From Paraspadella gotoi (Eukaryota > Animalia > Chaetognatha), in NCBI GenBank assembly GCA_051294375.1, contig CM119271.1, positions 4,465,910-4,529,909 on the forward strand: DNA of 64,000 nucleotides, given 5' to 3'. The position numbers and the translations under genes were made by a program. Under the pieces are notes generated by a model. It did not search any database. It saw only the letters and a program-made list of their open reading frames with translations, and had not been told where the DNA came from. Numbering within the stretch: position 1 is the first letter of the stretch; each line of letters opens with the position of its first letter. Below, piece after piece: positions 12,180 through 22,335 of this stretch.

Positions 12180-14044
12180 AGAGAGAGAGAGAGAGAGAGA
12201 TTGTTAGAGAGAGAGGAGGGGAGAGGTAGGAAGAAGGAATTGGAAAAGATGGATTTCAGAAAACGGAGAGAATATGGAAATAAGAGAGGATAAGGAGAAA
12301 TAAGAAAACTAGATCGAGGGCATCGAAAATTGAAAATAATTTAATTAAGCTGCTGTGTATATTTTAATGTAATACAAATTACAAACGCATCAAATAAGAC
12401 ATCAATCCCTCATTGAATCAATCAAATATCGCTCGATATCCCTTCCCAACAATGAAATCAATCAATCTATTAATCTGCCAAATCAATAAATCAATCATCC
12501 ATCAATCACGCCAATCACTCACGATTAACTCTATCGTGTTTCGCCCCCTTCGTCGTTCTGCAACGCTCTGGACTCGAACTTCCTTGTTCGGTTCTCTTCA
12601 CCACCGGAAACTTTGAGCGTCACCTGGTGACAAGCAAAAAAAAAGGGGTCGAATTTGAAATGTACCCCACCTTGATTTCAATCCCCCACCCCACCCTTGA
12701 TACCCGCCCTCTCCACCCTTCCTTGATCTCCCACCCCACAACCAGATATCTACTTTCCGCCGCTCCCCCTGCCCCCCCACCACCCAGATCCTCTAACCTT
12801 GATTTTCGTCCCTCGCCGAAGAGGTCAGGACTGAACCTGTGAACTCTCGACCGGTGGAGTCCGCCAGACTTTTGGCTCATGAGACTTTCGTCTTGATGTG
12901 CGGAATGGCGTCGTCCGACGTACCTTGGATGGAATGGGAATGGACTCGACCATGCAATGGACATTTAAAGGAATGGAATCGAAAGAAATGAATAGAGTGA
13001 ATAGACTCATGAATGATAATGAATGCGAAGTGAATGACATGAATGACATGAATGAATTGAATGATCAATGAATGGAATGAAAGAATGAATGAATTTAAAT
13101 GATTGAAGACGCAGCTCTCTTTGAGACAACTAAATTTAAAAATAAAATTGACTTTTGTTAGTATAACTGCCGCATGCTAAACAACGAATATTTAAATCCT
13201 TCCGATAAAAAAAAATTCAATGTATGACCAAATTTACCAATGATTGCATAAGACAACAATTACGGATTTACCACTTGATGATACTCTCGCGGGCGGGAAT
13301 CGGTTCCTTGCACCAGAACGTATCTCATTATCCCAGTGTCGAGCGCAACGGCGTCTCCTTGATTGGCGACAGAGATGAATCTGCATTCTGCTAATTACTC
13401 GCTCGTATTTGATCTTGCCGCATCGCGATGACTGGGCTCATGGACAAGGCTGTTGAAAGGGGCGGAGAGAGAGGAGACGGAAGGAGAGGGAGAGAGCGGC
13501 AGAGACGACACGAGAGAGAGAGCAGACGAGAGAGAGAGTAGAGACGCAGCAGATGCGCGGAAGGTTTAACCTATAGTTCTAAAAAGTTAAATGTGAAAAT
13601 GAGAGTTATCATAAGTTAAAGGAGATTTTTTGGTTCTTTAAAAAAAACTTAAAATCACAATAATCTTTTACACTCATACTATACAGTAACATGAATATTA
13701 TAAATATCCTCCCTCTCTCTCTCTCTCATCTTCTCTCTCCTCCTCTCCTCTCTCTCTCTCTCCTACTCCTCTCTCTTCCTCTCTCTCACGCCCTCCTACT
13801 CTTCCACACGGATGTGAAATCGCGCGCGCACTCTCCTACCCCCCCAAAATATAACGGATTGTAATTCCCTTTCTAAACGTATGACCTCGCCTCCGCCTCA
13901 TTTCGGAAATCGACTCCTATTTGACCTTGTCTCTCGAAAGAAGTGTGAGTCCTCTCCCCTTTTTTTTCGCCGAAGTAGAAGAGGTGAGGTTCGGCGAGAA
14001 AGGTCTATTGAAACGAGCGGAAGACCTATCCATCTCTCTCTATT
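12180..14044 (+). other. Tandem duplicate of 14070-15870, ending at a 25-N gap (probable gap-fill artefact)
   Basis: Colinear match with scattered indels; ~13480-13900 is essentially identical to ~15290-15725, including a garbled AG microsatellite. Confidence 0.85.
12523..12923 (-). pseudogene. Frameshifted duplicate of Ig exons 14390-14495 and 14653-14770 (probably an assembly duplicate, not a real pseudogene)
   Basis: 12523-12623 and 12798-12923 align with the two clean exons but have many single-base indels; they lie inside the 12180-14044 duplicate that ends at a 25-N gap. Confidence 0.7.
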
Positions 14045-14069
14045 NNNNNNNNNNNNNNNNNNNNNNNNN

Positions 14070-14100
<31 letters not shown>

Positions 14101-14389
14101 GTAGGAAGAGGATTGAAAGATAGGATTTCAGAAAGGAGAGAATAGGAAAAAGAGAGGATAGGAGAAATAAGAAACTGAGACGAGGGAAGCAGCGAAATTG
14201 AAAATAATTTAATTAGCTGCTTGTATATTTTAATGTAATACAAATTTACAAACGCATCAAATAAGACATCAATCCCTCATTGAATCAATCAAATATCGCT
14301 CGATATCCCTTCCCAACAATGAAATCAATCAATCTATTAATCTGCCAATCAATAAATCAATCAATCCATCAATCACGCCAATCACTCAC

Positions 14390-14495
14390 GAGTAACTCTA
14401 TCGTGTTCGCCCCCTTCGTCGTTCTGCAACGAGGATCTGAAGAGTCGAACTTCCTTGGCTTCGGTTCTCTTCACACCGGAAACTTTGAGCGTCAC
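14390..14495 (-). CDS. Exon of the Ig-superfamily gene (E-F-G strands of membrane-proximal domain)
   Basis: Acceptor ttttttgctgtcaccAG, donor CTC|GTGAGT; 106 nt, phase 0-1. Reads VTLKVSGVKRTEAKEVRLFRSSLQNDEGGEHDRVT (Ig-like TLKV...F-x4-Q-N-x-x-G) and is in phase with both the 14653 exon and the 5734 exon. Confidence 0.8.
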
Positions 14496-14652
14496 CTGGT
14501 GACAGCAAAAAAAAAGGGTCGAATTTGAAATGTACCCCACCTTGATTTCATCCCCCACCCACCCTTGATACCCCCCATTCCACCCTTCCTTGATTCCACC
14601 CCCACACAGAATCTATTTCCGCGCCCCCTGCTCCCCCCCACCACCTCCTAAC

Positions 14653-14770
14653 CTTGATTTCGTCCTCCCCGAAGAGGTCAGGACTGAACTGAAACTTGAC
14701 GTGGAGTCCGCCAGAGATTTTGGTCATGAGACTTTCGTCTTGATGTTTGCGGAATGCGTCGTCGACGTAC
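14653..14770 (-). CDS. Exon of the Ig-superfamily gene
   Basis: Acceptor (ttcca)n tccAG, donor AAG|GTTAGG; 118 nt, phase 2-0, open: YVDDAFRKHQDESLMTKISGGLHVKFQFSPDLFGEDEIK. Confidence 0.75.
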
Positions 14771-14774
14771 CTGG

Positions 14775-14930
14775 ATGGAATGGAATGGAATGGAATGGAA
14801 TGAATGGCATTAAAGGAATGAATCGAAAGAATGAATGAATGAAAGAATGAATGAATGAATGAATGAATGAATGAATGAATGAATGAATGAATGAATGAAT
14901 CAATGAATGGAATGAAAGAATGAATGAATT
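14775..14930. repeat. (GGAAT)n-(GAAT)n microsatellite; supplies the pyrimidine tract of the 14770 acceptor on the minus strand
   Basis: Direct reading. Confidence 0.9.
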
Positions 14931-17339
14931 TAAATGATTGAAGATGGAAGCTAGCGTTTGAGAACGAACTTAAATTTTAAAAAAAAATTACTTTTGTAGT
15001 ATAACTGCGCATGTAAAACAACGAATATTTAAATACTTCGATAAAAAAAAATTAAATTATGACAAATTACAATGATTGCATAAGACAACAATTACGGATT
15101 TACCATGATATATTGAAGAGCGGGGGAATCGGGTTGACCAGAATATCGCATCCCAGTCGAGCGAACGGCGTCTCCTGATTGGTCGACAGAGATGAATCTG
15201 ATTCGCTAATTACTCGCTCGTATTTGATCTTGCCCGAGCACGCGATGACTGGGCCATGGACAAGGCTGTTGAAAGGGGGGCGGAGAGAGAGGAGACGGAA
15301 GGAGAGGGAGAGAGCGGCAGAGACGACACGAGAGAGAGAGCAGACGAGAGAGAGAGTAGAGACGCAGCAGATGCGCGGAAGGTTTAACCTATAGTTCTAA
15401 AAAGTTAAATGTGAAAATGAGAGTTATCATAAGTTAAAGGAGATTTTTTGGTTCTTTAAAAAAAACTTAAAATCACAATAATCTTTTACACTCATACTAT
15501 ACAGTAACATGAATATTATAAATATCCTCCCTCTCTCTCTCTCTCATCTTCTCTCTCCTCCTCTCCTCTCTCTCTCTCTCCTACTCCTCTCTCTTCCTCT
15601 CTCTCACGCCCTCCTACTCTTCCACACGGATGTGAAATCGCGCGCGCACTCTCCTACCCCCCCAAAATATAACGGATTGTAATTCCCTTTCTAAACGTAT
15701 GACCTCGCCTCCGCCTCATTTCGGAAATCGACCTCTATTTGACCTTGGTCTCTCGAAAGAAGGTGAGTCAGCGTCAAGGTCAGGTTTCCCCTTTTTTTCC
15801 GCCGAAGGAGAAGAGGTGAGGTTCGGCGAGGTAAGGGGTTTTAGGAGAAATATTGAACGAGGGTGAAGACCGTTGGGTGAGTTTGTGAGTGGAATGGTTG
15901 GGAATGGAGGCACCTTTTTTTCATTAATATGTTAATATAAGTATATAACATTCGAGAAAGTATAATTTTACGTTTTTGAAAAAGCCTGTTAAGCAATGAC
16001 AAATCGAAAGTAGACTTGATAAATAATATTACGCCATTTATGAAAAGCCAAAAAAAAATAACCTATCAGGTTATTGTTTGGGCGATGTGGGAAGTGGGAG
16101 GCGCCATTGGTGAGGCAATATAAGTTAATAAAAAAAGGCGCCGCGACTCCATCGACGACTTAAGGGAAGTAAGTTACGAGTTCTGGTGAGAAAGGCGGAG
16201 AAAGAGAACGTTCAAGGTGAGGAGTGAAACAAGGATCGGGAAAAAAAAGAATATAAGTTAGAATAGAAAAGGATAATTAAATGGAATCATAAAGTAAAAT
16301 CGGATCGGTTGATCGGGCGATCGCCGCTAGAATGGAATCACTGAACCGTGATTGGTCGATACGGAACCGGAATCGACCAATCAGCTTGCAGGATCGATTA
16401 AACTGTCAAAATCGCTCTTGCCTCTGATCCTCTTCTCTAGACATAAATAAATAGTTTCAGTAGAATTGATCTGGACTCCTGCGTGTGTCTCACCGTCACT
16501 GTATTATTCTCAGAATAAATCTCGTTTAGATTTCGTCCAAGTTTTTTCTATGTGGTGGCAGCGGTGCGAATAGAGCCCACGCCTCCAGAGATATATCAAT
16601 GGTATATCAAGCGGTTAAGTAAAAGAAAGGTTACAGATTTTCATTCTCTATTTTCTCCCTCCCGGCGACATTTCACGGAAGCAAACGTCAAATGCTTGAA
16701 AAGGAAATTGATTAATGGTTTCTTGTAGCTCGAAATGTCAATGGTTTTTTAAATCCTCGACAAACCTATAAGCCCGCCGGCCCCACCCCACATTTCCACC
16801 CCAGCTCAACTCCGACCCATTTTTTTTAATCACGATGGACTGTGAAAAAAATTTTGCTTAAACGTTATTTAAAGAAGAAGGAATCGGGGTTGCAGCCGAT
16901 AATCAAGCCTTTTTTTTTTTTTTTTGCTCCATGGTGCTAGTATAACAAAAGACAAATTTCTTGGTCATTAATTATTAATTTATTATATTATTATTATTTA
17001 TTGATATATTATATTATATATTATTAATTAATAATTATTATTATCTATTAGAAAAAACTAGGGACAGATAGTAATGCTAACGGCTCTTGTGTTGTAGTAA
17101 GATGCTCCCTCTAAATTTCCAGAGACAAACACTGGAGACTTCCGCCTTCCAAATTGAATTATTATGTAAATAAACATTTTTAAGAGAAAGCAATAGTTAT
17201 TTGAAATAAATAATAAGATTGAAATACTAAATTCGCTTTGATAAAATAATAAAAATAGAAATAGTGAAACAAGTAATTTGCAAAATTTTCATAGATAATC
17301 AGTACCTGTGATTAATATGCTGGCGGAGCATGTCAGAAA

Positions 17340-17955
17340 TGTTCCCCGATTTTTAATCTTATGGTATTCTTCCCCTTTTTTCAATATTACTTGAAATCAA
17401 AATATGAATAATATTAACATAATATTTTGCCATAATATTGTTCACCTCTGACTATTCTTGTCTAAGCACACCTTATGGCCTTCAATCACAATATACCAAA
17501 AAGATGCAACAAAAAGATCAGGTGCGGCACTTGTCCCTTTATTTTACGCAAGTAAATGTAAATTTTTTAAAATCTAATGCCAAACGAAATATTACACATA
17601 TGTCATCCATATATTAAATGGCTTCAAAAATATTTTAAACTGTAATACAGAAAATATAATATATTTAATATCATGGTCATATCTGTTCAATGCAATATAT
17701 AGGAGAAACCACAAAGAATAGTTTACCAGAATATAGGTTTAACAGGTCATCAAATGTCAATTAGCTCAGGCGAAAAGTTCTCAAATTATCCAGTCAACCA
17801 TCTCGTTTAACAATAGAAAATCAATGGTGCTAGGAATAACTTAAGAATTATTACCAATAGAAAAAATTAGATCCAATGAATAAGTAGGAGATAACGTCAA
17901 AATAAATTAAGACTAGAAAGGGAAGCACATTGGGAAAAAAAATTTCAATCTCTTG
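17340..17955 (+). mobile_element. Penelope-like retroelement fragment: Cys-rich linker plus GIY-YIG endonuclease (Neptune-like)
   Basis: Motifs in the expected order across frameshifts: KRCNKKIRCGTCPFI (~17500), CNTENIIYLIS-C-HICSMQYIGET (17641-17710), NLRII-PIEKI, KLRLEREAHWEKK (~17905-17940). Confidence 0.85.
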
Positions 17956-18594
17956 TAGCGCTGCCTGTTCTAGATTTGGATTATGAATGTAAGATTAAAA
18001 AGTATACGGAGATTTTGTACCAATATTCAAAAGCAAAACATCAAATATTTTGGAAATACAAAGAGAAAAGCGATCAAACATGGAAAGAGAAAAAAACGCA
18101 GAAAAATTAGAAGAGCCAGGGGCATAGTTGTTTACTTTGAACTTATTTAAGAAAATTTATATTATTAGTATATTTTCAAAAAAATCAAGAAGTAGTCTAC
18201 GTGCATTGATATTAAAACCTATCTTTATAGTTTGCCACGAAGGAAAAATTATTAATTCCTATACAATGGAAAGTAGAAAATCGAAATGATAATGAATATA
18301 AGAGAATTTACCGAGATAGCATTATAATGAATATCAGGTATACGACTATTTAAACCAGTTTTACAGAAAAAATTAAGAAAAAGAAGAACATTACCACATT
18401 AACTCATAGATAAAGGCTTGAACTATATTATCTTAGCTGGCAATTTTAAAATAGTAAAACCATACAAAACAAAATACCAATATATTTTTAAATTAACAAG
18501 GAACCCACGCCAAATATATTAGGAATAGATTATACGATAAGAGCATAGCCAGGTTTAATATTAATCTATAAAAATATGGCTTGCAAATGAGTTC

Positions 18595-21105
18595 CTAGTT
18601 GGTTGGCGGACTTCGCCTATGGCGATTAATCGTCAAGGGGCTTTTGGCGATGTTCCCGGCCCAGTTCCCGCGCGAGTCAGCCACTGGCGATGGACCCTCG
18701 CTCATGTGATACACTAGTATGGCGAATATATGAAAGCGGCTAGCTTACACGGGGAGTAGCATGTCATGCACGCTTCAGGGCTGGCGTGCAGGCTGACTCT
18801 TGACCACCTAAAAAACACCCTAATATAGAGCCTAATCCTTTCCTCGTTTGACCGTTAAACCTCCTGTGCCTTCTCGGCCCTAAACACCTACCCCAGACAC
18901 GGGCCTGGGCCTACCGTACATCTCCATGCCGTCAACCCCTAACGCCTGCCCTAAAACCGCCTTTGATGCATCAAACCACGGCCCCTCCCCAACCTAACCG
19001 TCTAAGACAGCCAAGCCTTCCCGTTCAACTCTGTGGCCTCTCCCCTAACCCTAACGCGTCCAAGCTCAGCCTCGCCGTAACATACTCCGTCCTCAACCAC
19101 ACGCCTAACCCTAAACTACGCCTTCAATGCATCAACCACGGGCCCCATCCCCCAACCCTAACCCTAAAACTAAGCCTCCGTTCACTCCAGCCTGCTCCCC
19201 CTAACCCTAACCCAGGCCAGCCTCCCCCGTACAATTTCCGTGCCTCACCTAACCCTAACCGCCTTCCGATGAATCGGAACCATGGGCTCCTCCGCAACCT
19301 AACCCTAAAGCCAAGCCATGCCCGTCTCAAAACTCATGCCATCTCCACTACCCTAACCAGGCCCGGCCTCTGCCTACAATCTCCGGACTGCACCCAACCC
19401 GTATTGGCCACTCGATATATAACGCCCACGGGCCCTTCTCTCCAACCCTAACCCTAAACCGGGCCCAGCCTCACCTACATCTCCGTACCGTCAACCCTAA
19501 CCCTAATTGCCTTCGATATAAGGTAACCACGGGCCTCTCTCGCCACGCCTAACCTAATCCGGCGCCCCAGGCTCACCGTACATCTCCGTGCCACTTCAAC
19601 CCGCTCAACTCCTAAAACGCGGGCCTCTTGGTCATCAACAACACCTCCCTAATCCCTATCCCTAAAAATTTGACATGTAATAATAAGCCTAATAAACTTA
19701 ACTTACTCAACCCCTAACGCCTAACCCTAAAACTCTAAGCCCTAACCCTAAACTACTTCAACCCTAACCCTAACTACTACCCATCCTAACCCTAAACAAC
19801 TCAACCCTAAACCCTAGACCCTAATCTGAGTTATTTAGGCGCAATGCCATAACCTATAGAACGCTAGAATGTAGTTCACAGTAAATCGCCATGGCGGGGT
19901 GTCCATGGCTAAGTTGCGATTTGGCGAATTTCGCACTGAACCTACAATCTAGCGTTCTAGTTATGGCGATTTTCGCTAAAATAAACTCAGAATTAGGGTT
20001 AGGGTTAGGGTTGAAGTTGGTTTAGGGTTCAGGGTTGAGTAGGTAGTAGTTAGGGTTAAAGGGTTGAGTAGTTTAGGGTTAGGGTTGAGTAGTTTAGGGT
20101 TAGGGTTTAGTTGATTAAGTTAAGTTTATTTTAGGCTTAAATATTAATTCAATTTTAGGGATAGGGGTAGGGAAGGGTGTTGTTGAGACTCAAACACGCC
20201 CGCGTTAGGGTTAGGGTTGAGGCCAGCGGAGAGTACGGAGGCCTGGGCCCGCGTTTAGGGTAAAGGGTTGGGAGAGAGGCCCGTTGGGTTATATATCGAA
20301 GGCAATTAGGGTTAGGGTTGAGGAACGGGGATGTACGGAGAGGCCTGGGCCCGGTTTAGGTTAGGGTTGGGAGAGGAGGCCCGTGGGTTAATATATCGAC
20401 CAGGCAATTAGGGTTAGGAGTTGAGGTACGGAGATGTACGGGAGGCCCGGGCCTGGTTTTAGGGTTAGGGGAGAGGCATGGAGTTGAACGGGAGGCTTGG
20501 TTTAGGGGTTAGGGTTGCGGGAGGGGACCCATGGTTGATTTCATCGAAGGCGGTTAGGGTTAGGGTTTGAGGCACGGAGATGTACGGGAGGCTGGGCTGG
20601 GTTAGGTAGGGGAGAGCATGGGAGTTCGAACGGGAAGGCTTAGTTATCAGGGTTAGGGTGGGAGGGGCCCGTGGTTTGATGCATTGAAGGCGGTTAGGGT
20701 TAGGGTTGAAGGCACGGAGATTGTAAAGGGAGGCTGACCTGGGTTAGGGTTTAGGGGAGAGGGCACAGAGTTTGAAACGGAAGCGCTTGGTTTAGGGTTT
20801 AGGTGTTGGGGGGAGGGGCCCGTTGGTTGTGCATCAGAGGCGGTTAGGGTTAGGGTTGAGGCATGAAGGATGTACGGGAGCCCAGGCCGCGGGTTAGGGT
20901 TAGGCGAGAGAGGCACAGGTTGAACGGGAGGTTTGGTTTAGGGTTAGGGTTGGGAGATGGACCCTGAAAGGTATGCTCATCCCGTGTTAGCTGCGCTTGT
21001 TCATAATATTCGCTACTTTTATCACTGGCAGGTCGCAGTGGGGGGGACTGGCGACATCCCAAAGCCCTGGCAATATCGCCATGGGCGAAGTCGCCAACCA
21101 ACTAG
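18595..21105. mobile_element. ~2.5 kb foldback (long inverted repeat) with telomere-like satellite arms; likely a non-autonomous DNA element
   Basis: The left end CTAGTTGGTTGGCGGACTTCGCC is a near reverse complement of the right end GGCGAAGTCGCCAACCAACTAG. The arms mirror each other to a centre near 19900 and the flanks are unrelated. Left arm has CCCTAA blocks, right arm has TTAGGG blocks. Confidence 0.8.
19993..20955 (+). repeat. Satellite of ~140-150 bp units, each made of three ~45 bp subunits headed by (TTAGGG)2; mirrored at ~18830-19825
   Basis: AGGCGGTTAGGGTTAGGGTT recurs at ~20548, ~20688 and ~20838; subunit tails GGCACGGAGATGTACGGGAGG, GAGAGGCATGGAGTTGAACGGGAGG and GGAGGGGCCCGTGGTTGATGCATC recur in order. 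Confidence 0.85.
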
Positions 21106-21321
21106 ACGCACACCTGCAACTCGCTGCGTGAATCCGGCCGGCGACATCGCTATTTGAATGAAAACTACACTTAGGTTCTAGCGTGCAGTTTCGTCAATGT
21201 CAAGCTACTAGGCCCTTGTTCATCCCTCGGAGCCACAGTCCCGCCTGGGACCCACCTTGGGCCCTTCCAGAATGCCCGCAGTCAACCATGGGGACANNNN
21301 NNNNNNNNNNNNNNNNNNNNN

Positions 21322-22000
21322 CCGTCTAAATTCTGAGCCTATAGGATACAGTTCCTGAGCTGCAATCGTGTTCGCCTGCATACTGCGCAGGAGTAGTTTG
21401 GCAATTTCTTGGTTTCGAGCAGTGAAATGCGCGGAAATTGCCGCGCTGAGTGAGTCCTCGAAAGTTAACAAAACCGCTATCACCCGGACGCAGCTCGATT
21501 GATTGTCTTTCCTGAGTTTTTATCCCAACTGATCGAAGCTGTGCTATTATTCCGCTTTATAACTTCCAACAGTCCTTTCTAATTGTCTGCTTCGCAGTTA
21601 GCTCAGATACGTTGTTAACAATAGTCCCAAGGAATCCAATATCTTTGTTTTCGTCCGTTGAATGTCTCTTTGTAATCCGCATAAAGAAAAGAGATACGAG
21701 AAATATTGCCTGGATACCGGGGAATGCTGAATCGAGGGTGGACACTTGGTAGCATATATACCCGTGGGCGCAGGAATTCGTTCCCACTTTGTGCGGGTTC
21801 TGTGGGACGAGAAAAGTCATCGAGTACCCATCGCACATTGATATGCTGTTGTCTGCTATTAGTCGAGCATGAGCTTGTGTTATTCTCTATCAAACCGCAA
21901 GCTTTGTCCGAGGCGCCATTTCCTTCTGGTAGAGAGATTACAACATTAAAGTTTATTTCGGTGAATGACTTTTTAGCCAGGACGCTATGTTTACCGAAGA
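21322..22000 (-). mobile_element. Probable Penelope-like reverse transcriptase fragment, very error-rich
   Basis: Degraded motifs in PLE-RT order: NVVI...SDK (cf. IVIKPADKG), PRVYMLPSVH (cf. YxLPKIHK), KDIGFL (cf. KDTxDFL), DVGS.YSGI (cf. DVxSLYTNI), IAKLL...N, SGT..IGSEF (cf. GTAMGS). Cut by the gap before a catalytic YxDD. Confidence 0.5.
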
Positions 22001-22311
22001 ATGTTAGCGGGTGAGGTTGACACTCGGTATTGCCGGTTGCATGGTGCACGACCGGCCAGGAGTCACGAATATTGCCGAGGATACTTCTCGGTAACAAAAG
22101 CCGCGCCGACAATGTGACATTATAGGTCTTGGCAATGGAATTTTTGGCGTACAAATGTGTCTTATTTTGAATCAAGGTGTATAAAAATGTTAGGGCAACG
22201 CATGTGCCCTGAGACAGGAGACGTCTTCGTAGTGCCTAGATAGATTAAGTAAGGTTAATATTGAAATACCTTAATAATGGTACACAGTCTGAAGTACGAT
22301 ATTAGTATCTA

Positions 22312-22335
22312 TACAGTGTGTCCCAGAAAGAAAAA
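22312..22335 (+). mobile_element. Possible Tc1/mariner-type terminal inverted repeat
   Basis: TA|CAGTGTGTCCCAGAAAG resembles TA|CAG(G/T)GTGTCCCA termini; a poor partner TGGGACACATATA lies near 23787 in noisy sequence. Confidence 0.3.

Noticed and set aside
12523-14770. Tandem exon duplication suggesting mutually exclusive (Dscam-like) splicing
   Set aside because: The second copy differs by random indels, includes identical intron sequence and ends at a 25-N gap, which is consistent with an artefact.
18390-18540. Retroviral-type aspartic protease (LIDKG ... ILGIDY)
   Set aside because: The catalytic motif is not D-[ST]-G, the spacing is short and the sequence is noisy; too weak to call.
18830-20955. 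Telomere-fusion scar or CRISPR-like array
   Set aside because: The orientation is CCCTAA then TTAGGG, whereas a fusion gives the reverse. The sequences between repeats recur periodically rather than being unique spacers, and there are no cas genes.
21400-21560. Helitron PIF1 helicase resemblance (IIAQLRSVG...AASG-IAVLL)
   Set aside because: No Walker A motif upstream; the PLE-RT reading explains more motifs in the right order.
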